Positions 15,876 through 25,533 of a DNA stretch of 38,695 nucleotides are shown piece by piece. Position 1 is the stretch's first letter; every line of letters starts with the position of its first letter. The stretch spans positions 1 to 38,695 of the forward strand of contig JAHJRX010000035.1 in NCBI GenBank assembly GCA_018830565.1. Reading direction: 5' to 3'. This stretch comes from a bacterium (lineage in GTDB: Bacteria > UBA9089 > JAHJRX01). The position numbers and the translations under genes are program-made. The notes below the pieces were generated by a model. It was not told the origin of the DNA and made no database searches. It worked only from the letters and a program-made list of their open reading frames with translations.

Positions 15876-16823
15876 ATGAATCTTGAAAGAAGATATAATT
15901 TTTTTGTAGGATTATTTGTCATTGTTGGATTATTAATCTTTGTAGGGGTAATCTTTATCACCTTCCAATCAAAGTTTATGAAGAAAGGTTACTACCTAAA
16001 GGTAAATTACCATAACCTTGGTGGTCTTCAAGAAGGAGATGAGATAACATTAGGAGGTTATCAAGTAGGACATTTAGACAAGATAGTCATGAGCTGTCAG
16101 CCAAAAGTTTATTTTAACTTATCCTTATTTATTGAAGAAGATGTAGTTATTCCTAAAGAGACGATCACTAAGATTGCCAGTAAAGGGCTGATTGGCCAAA
16201 AATATATTGAACTAATTCCACCTAAAGAGAGTAAAGGATTTCTTAAGCAAGGTGACCAGTTAAAAAGCCTGGAATTTGAAGGAGATGTTCTTTTAGCTAA
16301 AGCAGAAGAAGTAGCTGACAATTTTAACTTAGTCGCCAAAGATATCTCTGCTTTCTTCGAGGCTAATAAACTTAACCTGGCCTTAGACACCGTTAATAAA
16401 GAAGCTCAAGAAATAACGACTAACTTTAATCAGACTTTAAGTACCGTTAATAAAGAAGCTCAAGAAATAACGGCCAACTTTAATCTTCTTACTACAGAAG
16501 CAAAGGAAACTTTCCAGTTAGTCCAAAAAAACTTAATTAAGATTGAGCAAGTCATAGAAAGCTTTCAACAAACCACTAAAGATATTAGCCAGGCCACAGA
16601 GGTGGTATCTGGTCATAAAGAAGAAGTTACTAAAGTTATCTCTCAATTAGACCAGAATTTAATCTTGTTAAGTTCTGTTTTAGTTAATTTAAATGAAATT
16701 ACCAGCGAAAATAAGAGCCAAATTAAGAATATCCTCCAAAATTTAGAAGTTACCAGTAAAGAAGTTCAAGGCTTAGCCAAGGATTTAAAAGAAAGACCCT
16801 GGAGATTAATCAGGAAAGAATAA
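15876..16823 (+). CDS. mlaD: MlaD-like MCE-domain protein with a long C-terminal helical extension
   Basis: An AAGGAG ribosome-binding site precedes the ATG at 15876; the six-frame ORF from 15771 is an upstream in-frame extension. N-terminal TM, an MCE domain (YYLKVNYHNLGGLQEGDEITLGGYQVGHL...GLIGQKYIELIPP), then a ~170-aa predicted helical tail containing an 18-aa tandem repeat. Confidence 0.75.
   Translation: MNLERRYNFFVGLFVIVGLLIFVGVIFITFQSKFMKKGYYLKVNYHNLGGLQEGDEITLGGYQVGHLDKIVMSCQPKVYFNLSLFIEEDVVIPKETITKIASKGLIGQKYIELIPPKESKGFLKQGDQLKSLEFEGDVLLAKAEEVADNFNLVAKDISAFFEANKLNLALDTVNKEAQEITTNFNQTLSTVNKEAQEITANFNLLTTEAKETFQLVQKNLIKIEQVIESFQQTTKDISQATEVVSGHKEEVTKVISQLDQNLILLSSVLVNLNEITSENKSQIKNILQNLEVTSKEVQGLAKDLKERPWRLIRKE
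16389..16496 (+). repeat. in-frame 54-bp tandem duplication inside mlaD (TVNKEAQEIT[TA]NFN repeats)
   Basis: ACCGTTAATAAAGAAGCTCAAGAAATAACG.C.AACTTTAATC occurs twice with period 54. Confidence 0.8.
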
Positions 16824-16825
16824 TC

Positions 16826-16855
16826 TTGACATCGACTCTTTGATGTGGTTATATT
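16826..16855 (+). promoter_or_regulatory. candidate sigma70-like promoter with extended -10 (TTGACA-17-TGgTTATAT) upstream of the aminotransferase gene
   Basis: TTGACA at 16826-16831, a 17-nt spacer, TTATAT at 16849-16854 preceded by TGG, about 45 nt upstream of the ATG at 16899. An AGTGAGGAAA ribosome-binding site is present. Confidence 0.4.
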
Positions 16856-16898
16856 AACTAATAGTTTTTAAACTACTTTTTAAAAGTGAGGAAAAATT

Positions 16899-18092
16899 AT
16901 GATTTCTTGTCGCGCTAGTAAATTATCTCCTTCAGCTACTTTAGCTATTACCTCTAAAGTAAACCAGATGAAAGCCCAAGGTATTGATGTGATTGGATTT
17001 GGTGCTGGTGAACCTGATTTTGATACCCCTCAAAAGATAAAAGAAGCTGCAATTATTGCTATCAAGCAAGGCCAGACTAAATATACGCCCACTTCTGGAT
17101 TACCAAAACTTAAAGAAGCCATCTGTTACAAGTTTAAGACTGAGAATAATTTAAACTACACTCCAGAAGAAGTCATTGTCTCTTGTGGAGCAAAACATTC
17201 TCTCTTTAATATCATCTTAGCTCTTTGCAATAAAGATGATCAGGTGATTATTCCTGCTCCTTACTGGGTAAGTTATCCTGAAATGGTTAAATTAGCCGAA
17301 GCGGTGCCTGTATTGGTAAATACTTTAGAAGAGAATAACTTTAAACTTACTCCTGAGGCCTTTAGAGAAAATATTACCAAGAAGACTAAAGCGATAATTA
17401 TTAATTCTCCTTCTAATCCGACGGGAATTTTATACGAAAAAGAAGAACTAAAAGAATTAGCCGAGATAGCCTTAGAAAATAATATTTTTATCATCTCTGA
17501 TGAAATTTATGAAAAATTAGTCTATGAAGATAAGAAGTTTGTGAGTATCGCTTCACTTGGAAAAGAGATTAAGTATCTTACCATTACCGTAAATGGAGTT
17601 TCAAAGGCATACTCAATGACCGGCTGGAGAATTGGCTATACCGCGGCTAATAGATATATCATTCAAGCTATGGCTAACATTCAAGACCACTCTACTTCTT
17701 GCCCTAACACCATCGCTCAACATGCAACCATAGCAGCTTTAGAAGAAGACCAAGCTAGTATAGAAGAAATGCGCTTAGAATTTGACAAGCGAAGAAAGTA
17801 TATGGTAGAAAGACTCAATAATATTATGGGTGTGAGTTGTGTTATTCCTTACGGCGCTTTTTATGTTTTTCCTAATATTTTAGGCTTATTTGGCACCAAA
17901 TATAAAGACTATCATATCGATAGGGCTAACTCATTAGCTGAATATCTATTAGAAGAAGTTAAAGTAGCTGTAGTTCCAGGAGAAAGCTTTGGAAGCGCTC
18001 AAAATATTAGACTATCTTATGCCACCTCAATGAAGAATATCATTGAAGGTTTAACCAGGATCGAAGAAGCCGTAGCTAAGCTTACTAAATAG
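16899..18092 (+). CDS. class I/II PLP-dependent aminotransferase (aspartate aminotransferase-like)
   Basis: GFGAGEPDFDTP N-terminal block and the PLP-Lys context NGVSKAYSMTGWRIGY. 397 aa. Confidence 0.75.
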   Translation: MISCRASKLSPSATLAITSKVNQMKAQGIDVIGFGAGEPDFDTPQKIKEAAIIAIKQGQTKYTPTSGLPKLKEAICYKFKTENNLNYTPEEVIVSCGAKHSLFNIILALCNKDDQVIIPAPYWVSYPEMVKLAEAVPVLVNTLEENNFKLTPEAFRENITKKTKAIIINSPSNPTGILYEKEELKELAEIALENNIFIISDEIYEKLVYEDKKFVSIASLGKEIKYLTITVNGVSKAYSMTGWRIGYTAANRYIIQAMANIQDHSTSCPNTIAQHATIAALEEDQASIEEMRLEFDKRRKYMVERLNNIMGVSCVIPYGAFYVFPNILGLFGTKYKDYHIDRANSLAEYLLEEVKVAVVPGESFGSAQNIRLSYATSMKNIIEGLTRIEEAVAKLTK

Positions 18093-18117
18093 TTAAGAAT
18101 AAATTTAAGAGGAGTTT

Positions 18118-19128
18118 ATGTATCAAGCAGTATTAATTAAAGGAGATGGCATTGGGCCAGAAGTGGTAGAGGCAGCTTTAAAAGTCATTGAAGCTACAGG
18201 AGTAATTATCAAATGGCATCAAGAAGAAGCAGGTGAAGCAGCTTTAAGAAAGAACAATACTCCTTTACCAGAATCTTGCTTGGCCTCTATTAAGACTTAT
18301 AAGGTAGCCCTAAAAGGACCTCTTACTACCCCTATTGGTTCTGGCTTTTCAAGTGTTAATGTAGCTCTTAGGAAAGAACTTAACCTATATGCCGGTGTTC
18401 GACCAGCTATATCTCTTCCTATAAAAGGGACTAAATATGAAGATCTAGATTTAGTCATCATTAGAGAAAATACAGAAGGAATGTATAGTGGAGTAGAACA
18501 CTTTATCGATAAAGAAAGAAGTGCGGCCGAGTGTATTCGAATCATTACCCGTAAAGCAAGTGAAAGAATTGTTCGATTTGCTTTTGAATACGCTAAGCAA
18601 AAAAATCGAAAGAAAGTTACCGTTGTCCATAAAGCTAATATCATGAAAGCTACTTGTGGCTTATTTTTAGAAGTAGCCATGGAGACAGCTGCTCTTTTTC
18701 CAGAAATTACCTTTGAAGATCGGATTGTAGATAATATGGCCATGCAACTTGTAAAAAAGCCTCAAGAGTATGATGTCATTGTCACCACTAACTTATTTGG
18801 GGATATTCTTTCTGATCTTTGCGCGGGACTGGTAGGAGGGTTAGGAGTAGTCCCTGGAGCTAACATTGGAAGTGAATATGCTACCTTTGAACCGGTCCAT
18901 GGCAGCGCTCCCAAGTATGCTGGCCAAAACAAGGCCAATCCTACCGCTACTATCCTTTCTGGTGCGATGCTTCTTGATTATTTAGGAGAAAACAGAGCTT
19001 CCCAAAAAATTACCGCGGCCGTAAAACAAGTATTAAAGGAAGGTCGTGAGGTAACTTATGATTTAGGTGGCCAGGCAACTACTTCTCAAATGGCTCAAGC
19101 TATAGCTGATATGATTAAAAGTATCTAA
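18118..19128 (+). CDS. icd: isocitrate dehydrogenase of the isocitrate/isopropylmalate dehydrogenase family (NAD-type, ~336 aa)
   Basis: [21 protein letters not shown] matches the IDH substrate-loop motif. [19 protein letters not shown] is also present. Tartrate dehydrogenase belongs to the same family and cannot be excluded. Confidence 0.6.
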   Translation: MYQAVLIKGDGIGPEVVEAALKVIEATGVIIKWHQEEAGEAALRKNNTPLPESCLASIKTYKVALKGPLTTPIGSGFSSVNVALRKELNLYAGVRPAISLPIKGTKYEDLDLVIIRENTEGMYSGVEHFIDKERSAAECIRIITRKASERIVRFAFEYAKQKNRKKVTVVHKANIMKATCGLFLEVAMETAALFPEITFEDRIVDNMAMQLVKKPQEYDVIVTTNLFGDILSDLCAGLVGGLGVVPGANIGSEYATFEPVHGSAPKYAGQNKANPTATILSGAMLLDYLGENRASQKITAAVKQVLKEGREVTYDLGGQATTSQMAQAIADMIKSI

Positions 19129-19203
19129 CTTACCATTAAAAATTAACCTTAAAAAAATATTAGTTGCATAGTACTACCAAGCACTACCAATTTCACTAAG
19201 TTT

Positions 19204-20133
19204 TTGTCTTTCCATTTCCTATGTCCGGTTTTCGTTAACAACTACTATAAGAAAAATCCAATGAGTATTTCTAAAGAAAAATTTATCGAGGTTATTTATT
19301 CATTAATAAAGAAGACGGTCATATCTTCGCCTTTAGATGTAAAAGAAGCTTTAAAGAAGTGTCTTTTTCAAGAAGAAGAGCTTGGTAAATACCAGATAGG
19401 CTTAATGTTAGAAAATATAAAATTTGCTGAAGAAAAAGAGCTACCTCTTTGTCAAGACACCGGAGTGCCTATATTCTTTATTAATTTAGGCAGAAAATTT
19501 TTTCTTGATTTTAATCTTAAAGAAGCTTTAAAGATAGCGGTTATAAAAGCCACCAATGAAATTCCCTTAAGGAGAAATGTAGTTTGTCCTATTACGCGGC
19601 GATATATTGGAGATAATGATAACACCGGAGCAGGCTTTCCTTATGGCTGGTTTGATCTTACTGAAAATGACTATTTAGAGATTACCTTTTTGCCCAAAGG
19701 TGGCGGTAGTGAAAATATGAGTAGTCTGAAGATGATGAACTCGGTAACTTTGCTTAAAGAAGTGGAAGAATATGTCGTAGAAACCGCCATTGACTTTATG
19801 GGTAAGCCTTGTCCTCCTTATATAATGGGCATAGGAATTGGAGGGGGGGCTGATATTGCTCTTCATTTAGCTAAGAAAGCAACTCTTCGTTCTCTTAGCC
19901 AAAGAAATTCTGATCAAGAAATAGCCAGATTAGAAGAAAGATTGAAGGAAAAGATTAATGCTTTAGGCATTGGTCCTATGGGCAGAGGAGGAAAAAATAC
20001 CGTCTTAGCTGTTAATGTTGAAGTAATAGGAGTCCATACTTCTGTTTATCCGGTAGCCATCACTAACCAATGCTGGCCTGGAAGAAGAGCCAAAGTTAAA
20101 ATATTTTCTGAGGAAAAGATAGAATTTGAATAA
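19204..20133 (+). CDS. Fe-S hydro-lyase alpha subunit (class I fumarate hydratase / L(+)-tartrate dehydratase alpha family)
   Basis: LCQDTGVP, CPITRR and GKPCPPY Cys motifs. The true start may be Met20 at 19261 (MSISKEKF). Confidence 0.7.
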   Translation: MSFHFLCPVFVNNYYKKNPMSISKEKFIEVIYSLIKKTVISSPLDVKEALKKCLFQEEELGKYQIGLMLENIKFAEEKELPLCQDTGVPIFFINLGRKFFLDFNLKEALKIAVIKATNEIPLRRNVVCPITRRYIGDNDNTGAGFPYGWFDLTENDYLEITFLPKGGGSENMSSLKMMNSVTLLKEVEEYVVETAIDFMGKPCPPYIMGIGIGGGADIALHLAKKATLRSLSQRNSDQEIARLEERLKEKINALGIGPMGRGGKNTVLAVNVEVIGVHTSVYPVAITNQCWPGRRAKVKIFSEEKIEFE

Positions 20134-20734
20134 CTTAAACTTTATTTACTTAAAGACTCCTTTATCTGAAGAAACGGTGAGAAGATTAAAAGTAAGGGAC
20201 ATTGTTTTCTTAACAGGAGAGATTTTTATCTGTCGAGACTTAGCTCATCGTAAAATTATGGATGAGTATCTCTTAAAAAACAAGAAGCAAGATTTACCTT
20301 TTCCTTTAAATAATGCGGTCATCTTTCACACAGGAGCAATTATAAAAGAAGAAAATCTTAAGTTTATCCCTATCTGTGTAGGCTCTACCACCAGTATAAA
20401 GTTAGAATCTATCGAGCCTACTTTCATTAAGGAATTTAATTTAAGAGGCGTCATTGGCAAAGGTGGAATGGGTAAAGAAACAACCAAAGCTATGCAAAGA
20501 TATGGTTGTGTTTATTTTGGAACTATTGGTGGAGCAGCTGCCCTGCTTACCAAAGGAGTAAAAGAAGTATTAGCAAATTTTTGGTTAGCTGAAAATGGTC
20601 TTACGGAAGCCGTGTGGAAGTTAAGAATAGAAGACTTTGGTCCCTTATTTATAGATATTGATAGCTATGGAAGAAATATCTACTTAGAAAACAAAGAAAG
20701 AATAATAACTTCCTTGAATAAAATAAGGACTTAA
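20126..20734 (+). CDS. Fe-S hydro-lyase beta subunit (class I fumarate hydratase / tartrate dehydratase beta family)
   Basis: 202 aa, overlaps the alpha gene by 8 nt. GVIGKGGMGKETTKAMQRYGCVYFGTIGGAAAL is typical of FumB/TtdB. Confidence 0.7.
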   Translation: MNNLNFIYLKTPLSEETVRRLKVRDIVFLTGEIFICRDLAHRKIMDEYLLKNKKQDLPFPLNNAVIFHTGAIIKEENLKFIPICVGSTTSIKLESIEPTFIKEFNLRGVIGKGGMGKETTKAMQRYGCVYFGTIGGAAALLTKGVKEVLANFWLAENGLTEAVWKLRIEDFGPLFIDIDSYGRNIYLENKERIITSLNKIRT

Positions 20735-20741
20735 AAGGTCG

Positions 20742-20859
20742 AAATTTGCAATTTAAAATGAATTTATCCCCATCTTACACAAGTTAGCTATTCAAGGACA
20801 CCACCGAAAATCTTCCTTTATCGTCTTAAGTCTATGACTTAAGGTATAGAGTTTTTTTT
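20742..20859 (+). ncRNA. copy B of the repeated intergenic element (core, then a weak hairpin and T-run)
   Basis: GAAATTTGCAATTTAAAATGAATTTATCCCCATCTTACACAAGTTAGCTATTC is identical to the copy A core without the 10-bp duplication. Followed by AGGACACCACCGAAAA, a TCTAT-N10-ATAGA hairpin and GTTTTTTTT. Begins 8 nt after the fumB-like stop. Confidence 0.45.
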
Positions 20860-20923
20860 AACTACTTTTTTGCCAACCTGATTTATTTGTCTTAAAGAAT
20901 CTCAAAGAATAAGAATATAAAAT

Positions 20924-22159
20924 ATGAAATATGAATTATTGATTGCTTTTAGATATGTAACTTCTAAACAAGGAAAAAGATTTGTCTCTCTAATTACCCT
21001 TATCTCCATCTTAGGTGTAATTGTTGGCGTAATGTCTCTTAATATGGTTATTTCAGTCATGAATGGATTTGAAAAAGATCTTAAAGAAAAAATCTTAAGT
21101 AGTAATGCTCATATTTTTATCACTGATATTCAAAAAAAAGGAATTAGTAATTACCCTTTGCTTATGAGAAAGATTTCAAACTCAGAAGAAGATATTTTAG
21201 GCATTGCTCCTTTAGTTGAAGGTCAGGCAATTTTATGTTCTAAATATCAAGTAGCAGGAATAAGTTTATTGGGTGTAAACTTAGAATTAGAAGCTAATCT
21301 CACTAATCTAAAAAAAGATATCGTAGAAGGAAGATATGAATTTTACCCTCAAGAAAAAGGTATCATTATCGGCAAAGAATTAGCCTTGGCTCTTGGAGTT
21401 TCTGTAAATGAAAAAATTACCTTAATTTCTCCTAAATATAATAATCTTACTAACATCAAAGGCGAAAAAGATTTAGAACCTCATGTTGAAGATTTTGTGG
21501 TTAGCGGTATCTTTGCTTCAGGTATGTATGAATATGATAGAAGTAGGGCTTATATCTCTTTAAATAAAGCTGGTGAAATATTTGGCTTTCACCAAGATAT
21601 TTCTACCCTAACTATAAAAGTTTCAGATATCTATAAAGCAGAAGAGATAGCTAATAAGATTAGAAAAAAGATTGGTCTTTCTTATTGGGTTTATACTTGG
21701 ATGGAGTCTAATAAAAATTTATTTTCTGCTTTAGCCTTAGAAAAAATAGTCATGTTCTTAATATTAGCTTTGATTGTCTTTGTGGCGGCTTTTAATATCA
21801 CCGCCAGTTTAGTGATGACCGTCGTAGACAAGACTAAAGATATTGGCATCTTAAAGGCTTTAGGAGCAAGTCAGAAAAGCATTATGTCTATCTTTATCTT
21901 AAAAGGTTTCATTATTGGCTTGGCAGGAACGATATTAGGAACTATTTTAGGAATAACTGGTTCTCATTTGCTTTCTCATTATCAATTCATTAAACTACCC
22001 AGTGATATTTATTATATCAATTATTTACCTATTTGGATTCAAACTCAAGATGTAATTTATATATTTTTTTCCTCTGTCTTTTTATGTTTTTTAGCCACTA
22101 TCTATCCATCTATGAATGCCGCTAAACTAGACCCAGTAAAGGCTTTGGCTTATGAATAA
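20924..22159 (+). CDS. lolC: LolC/LolE-family lipoprotein-releasing ABC transporter permease (FtsX/MacB-type)
   Basis: N-terminal FRYVTSKQGKRFVSLITLISILGV, a large periplasmic domain, and a C-terminal FtsX-like four-TM region. 411 aa. Confidence 0.75.
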   Translation: MKYELLIAFRYVTSKQGKRFVSLITLISILGVIVGVMSLNMVISVMNGFEKDLKEKILSSNAHIFITDIQKKGISNYPLLMRKISNSEEDILGIAPLVEGQAILCSKYQVAGISLLGVNLELEANLTNLKKDIVEGRYEFYPQEKGIIIGKELALALGVSVNEKITLISPKYNNLTNIKGEKDLEPHVEDFVVSGIFASGMYEYDRSRAYISLNKAGEIFGFHQDISTLTIKVSDIYKAEEIANKIRKKIGLSYWVYTWMESNKNLFSALALEKIVMFLILALIVFVAAFNITASLVMTVVDKTKDIGILKALGASQKSIMSIFILKGFIIGLAGTILGTILGITGSHLLSHYQFIKLPSDIYYINYLPIWIQTQDVIYIFFSSVFLCFLATIYPSMNAAKLDPVKALAYE

Positions 22160-22838
22160 TAGTCTCTTTAAGGCTGTCAATATTTCTAGATCTTATCAAA
22201 CACCCCACGGAAGTCTTGAGATATTAAAAGATCTTAACTTTTCAGTTAATAAAAAGGAGGTAGTAGCTATTTGTGGTGTTTCTGGGGTAGGTAAAAGTAC
22301 TCTCTTGCATCTTTTAGGTACCTTAGATAGACCTGATCAAGGAAGTATCTTATTGGAGGAAAGGAATTTATTAATGCTCTCTGATAAAGAGTTAAATAAG
22401 TTTAGATGTGAAAAATTAGGATTTGTTTTTCAATTTCATTATCTACTTTCGGAATTTACAGCCTTAGAAAATGTAATTCTTCCTGGGCTCATTAAAGGAG
22501 AATCTAAGGATAAAATTGAAGAAAGAGCAAAAATCTTATTATCTAAACTAAACTTAAAAGAGAGATTTTTTCATAAACCTAAAGAGCTTTCTTTTGGTGA
22601 GCAACAAAGGGTAGCCATTGCCCGCTCTCTAATTAATGATCCAAAGATAATCTTAGCTGATGAACCTACGGGTAATTTAGATTCTCAAACCGCCAGAGAA
22701 GTCTTTAGCCTTCTTTATGAAATAGTTAAAGAAAACCATAAAATTTTAATATTTGTTACCCATAATGAAGAATTAGCTAAGAAGGCAGATAAAATTTTCT
22801 TTTTAAAGGAAGGAAAATTGTTTGAAACTAATCATTAA
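22152..22838 (+). CDS. lolD: LolD-type ABC ATP-binding subunit
   Basis: Intact Walker [10 protein letters not shown], signature [15 protein letters not shown], Walker [12 protein letters not shown]. Overlaps lolC by 8 nt. Confidence 0.8.
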   Translation: MNNSLFKAVNISRSYQTPHGSLEILKDLNFSVNKKEVVAICGVSGVGKSTLLHLLGTLDRPDQGSILLEERNLLMLSDKELNKFRCEKLGFVFQFHYLLSEFTALENVILPGLIKGESKDKIEERAKILLSKLNLKERFFHKPKELSFGEQQRVAIARSLINDPKIILADEPTGNLDSQTAREVFSLLYEIVKENHKILIFVTHNEELAKKADKIFFLKEGKLFETNH

Positions 22839-22888
22839 GTTTGATATACTTTATTATAAGTTTTATAATGAAAGGAGTATGATTATCT

Positions 22889-23764
22889 ATGTCCCTTTTA
22901 GTTTATTTAGATGGTAAGTTAGTCCCCAAAGAAGAAGCAAAGATATCTGTCTTTGATCATGGTCTTCTCTATGGTGATGGTATCTTTGAAGGAATTCGTT
23001 CATATAATGGCCGAGTCTTTAAATTAGAGGAGCATTTAAAACGACTATCTGATTCCGCTAAGGCCATTAACTTAAATATTCCTTTAAGCTTAAAAGAGCT
23101 TAAAGAAGCGGTGCTTTTAACATTAAGATCTAATAATTTAAAGAATGCTTATATTCGCTTAGTGGTGACAAGAGGAGTAGGTGATTTAGGCTTGGATCCT
23201 CAAAAATGTCCTCAGCCAACCATATTTATCATTACTGATAAGATTGTCTTATATTCAGAAGAGTTTTATGAGCATGGGTTGGAAATAATTACGGTGCCTA
23301 CGAGGAGAAATATTCCTGAAGCAGTGAATCCTTGTATCAAGTCTTTAAACTACCTTAATAATATCTTAGCTAAGATAGAAGCTACTAATGCTGGCTTTTT
23401 AGAAGCAGTGATGTTAAATAGTGAAGGCTTGGTTACTGAATGCACCGGTGAAAATATTTTTATTGTCAAAGATAGTTGTCTTGTTACTCCTCCTTGTTGG
23501 GTAGGTGCTTTAAGAGGCATTACCAGAGAAGTAGTCTTAGGCTTATCTTTAAAACTAAAGATTGAGGCTAAGGAAGATGTTTTAACGCGTTATGATTTAT
23601 ATACCGCCGAGGAAATGTTTTTAACCGGTACAGCCGCTGAGATTATTCCAATAATAACGGTTGACGGAAGAATGATAGGAAATGGAAAGCCAGGTAAGAT
23701 TACGACCAGCTTAAGAAATGCCTTTACAGAACTAACTCAAAATGAAGGAACGGTTGTTGCTTAA
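22889..23764 (+). CDS. ilvE: class IV aminotransferase (branched-chain amino acid aminotransferase-like)
   Basis: DHGLLYGDGIFEGIRSYNGRVF N-terminal block. 291 aa. AAAGGAG ribosome-binding site. Confidence 0.7.
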   Translation: MSLLVYLDGKLVPKEEAKISVFDHGLLYGDGIFEGIRSYNGRVFKLEEHLKRLSDSAKAINLNIPLSLKELKEAVLLTLRSNNLKNAYIRLVVTRGVGDLGLDPQKCPQPTIFIITDKIVLYSEEFYEHGLEIITVPTRRNIPEAVNPCIKSLNYLNNILAKIEATNAGFLEAVMLNSEGLVTECTGENIFIVKDSCLVTPPCWVGALRGITREVVLGLSLKLKIEAKEDVLTRYDLYTAEEMFLTGTAAEIIPIITVDGRMIGNGKPGKITTSLRNAFTELTQNEGTVVA

Positions 23765-23781
23765 AATTATGGTTAAAATTT

Positions 23782-23883
23782 TGTCAGCCTTTAAGTATCA
23801 GTCTATGGGGAATTTCAAGAGAAGATGCCAAGCCACTGCTACTTTAATTCCTGAGACAAAGCTTCCGGCTGACATCTGACGGC
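23782..23883 (+). promoter_or_regulatory. structured leader upstream of mcsA, carrying an 8-bp inverted repeat TGTCAGCC/GGCTGACA 76 nt apart
   Basis: TGTCAGCC at 23782-23789 pairs with GGCTGACA at 23866-23873. The 164-nt gap before mcsA is long for this compact genome. No CtsR heptad operator or CIRCE element was found. Confidence 0.3.
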
Positions 23884-23928
23884 TAAACGTTTACCTGTTT
23901 TGTTTTCTTACTACTTGGAGGTTAGATA

Positions 23929-24429
23929 GTGCTTTGTGATAATTGCCAGAAGGAGAAAGCTTCCCTTCATTACACTGAAGTTATTAATAATAGCTTAACA
24001 GAGATCCATTTATGTATGTCCTGTGCTCAAAAGAAAGGCTTGGATGATTCTTTTTCTCTTTCTTTTGCTAATCTCTTTACTGACCTAAGTTCTGACCTAA
24101 GTGAAGTTGGGGATATTAAAATTTCTTCTAAAAAGAAAGAAGGATGTAAGTGTTGTGGACTAACCCTTAATGACTTTAAAAAATTAGGTCTTTTTGGTTG
24201 TAGTGAGTGTTACGAAACCTTCTCTGCCAAGATTGAAAATATTTTGCAAAAAATTCATGGGGCTACTCATCACACCGGAAAAATACCTCGTCATATTTCT
24301 AAAGAGATCTCTTCCAAAAGAGAGATTATTAAATTGAGAGAAAAACTACAAAAAACAATAAAATTAGAAAAGTATGAAGAAGCTGCTAAAATAAGGGATA
24401 AACTAAAAAAATTGGAAGGAATAATTTAG
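23929..24429 (+). CDS. mcsA: McsA (protein-arginine kinase activator; zinc-finger plus UVR domain)
   Basis: Four CxxC pairs (CDNC, CMSC, CKCC, CSEC) and a C-terminal UVR motif YEEAAKIRDKLKKLE. GTG start with a GGAGG ribosome-binding site. Confidence 0.75.
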   Translation: MLCDNCQKEKASLHYTEVINNSLTEIHLCMSCAQKKGLDDSFSLSFANLFTDLSSDLSEVGDIKISSKKKEGCKCCGLTLNDFKKLGLFGCSECYETFSAKIENILQKIHGATHHTGKIPRHISKEISSKREIIKLREKLQKTIKLEKYEEAAKIRDKLKKLEGII

Positions 24430-24438
24430 TTAAAGTAG

Positions 24439-25473
24439 ATGAATACTTTTAGCTGTGATTGGTTAAAGAACAATACTCCTCACCGCGATATAGTGATCAG
24501 TAGCCGCATTCGTTTAGCCAGGAATGTAAACAAGATTCCCTTTCCTCATTGGGCGAAAAAAGAAAGTTTAAGAAAAGTGGTCTCTTTGGTCGAAGAAGCC
24601 ACAAAAAAGTGCCCTTATTTAATTAACTCTAAATATTATGATTTAGATAAATTAACCTCATTAGAAAAGCAGTACTTAATAGAAAGACATCTTATTAGTT
24701 TAGAACATGCCAATAGTAAAAATGGTCTGCTCATTGTTAGCCAGAAAGAGATGGGTAGCCTTATGGTCAACGAAGAAGATCATCTAAGAATTCAAAGCTT
24801 GGATGCAGGTTTAAACCTTTTCGAAGCTTGGGATCTTATTAATAAAATTGACGATTCTCTTTCCGAGGTATTGGATTACGCTATTTCTCCTCAATGGGGA
24901 TATTTAACGGCTTGTCCTACTAATGTAGGAACTGGAATAAGGGCTTCAATAATGATTCATCTACCAGCTCTTATCTTAACTGGACAAATAAATAAAGTAT
25001 TAAAAGGAGTTTCTCAATTAGGATTAACGATTAGAGGTTTATATGGAGAAGGGAGTGAAATCTTAGGAAATTTATTTCAAATATCTAATCAGATCACCTT
25101 AGGACGATCAGAAGAAGAGACCATTGATCATGTGGAAAAGATTTCAAAACAAATTATTAATTATGAAAAAAATGCCCAAGAATTGTTAATTAAAGAATCG
25201 GCTATTCAATTAGAAGATAAAACATTTAGAGCTTACGCTACCTTAACCCATGCTCGAGTTATTGATTCTAACGAAGCCATAAATCTTCTTTCTGTCGTAA
25301 GATTAGGGGTAAGCAGTGGCATATTAAAGGATATCTCCTTGGAAATTTTAAATGAACTTCTTGTTATTACTCAACCAGCTCATATTCAAAAATTTTTTAA
25401 CACTCCTCTTACTCCAGAACAGAGAGATGTAAAACGAGCAGAATTAATCAGAGAAAAATTTTCTATCACTTAA
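24439..25473 (+). CDS. mcsB: protein-arginine kinase McsB (phosphagen/guanidino kinase family)
   Basis: CPTNVGTGIRASIMIHLP matches the phosphagen-kinase active-site Cys block. 344 aa. Sits between mcsA and clpC. Confidence 0.8.
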   Translation: MNTFSCDWLKNNTPHRDIVISSRIRLARNVNKIPFPHWAKKESLRKVVSLVEEATKKCPYLINSKYYDLDKLTSLEKQYLIERHLISLEHANSKNGLLIVSQKEMGSLMVNEEDHLRIQSLDAGLNLFEAWDLINKIDDSLSEVLDYAISPQWGYLTACPTNVGTGIRASIMIHLPALILTGQINKVLKGVSQLGLTIRGLYGEGSEILGNLFQISNQITLGRSEEETIDHVEKISKQIINYEKNAQELLIKESAIQLEDKTFRAYATLTHARVIDSNEAINLLSVVRLGVSSGILKDISLEILNELLVITQPAHIQKFFNTPLTPEQRDVKRAELIREKFSIT

Positions 25474-25533
25474 AAGTTATTTTTAAATTTCAAATTAGCT
25501 AAAAACAATATCTTAAATTTGGAGGTAATATAT

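Noticed and set aside
23765-23928. CtsR operator (tandem AGGTCAAA heptads) or CIRCE (TTAGCACTC-N9-GAGTGCTAA) upstream of mcsA
   Set aside because: Neither consensus is present. Only a loose GTCAG...ATCAG direct repeat was seen.
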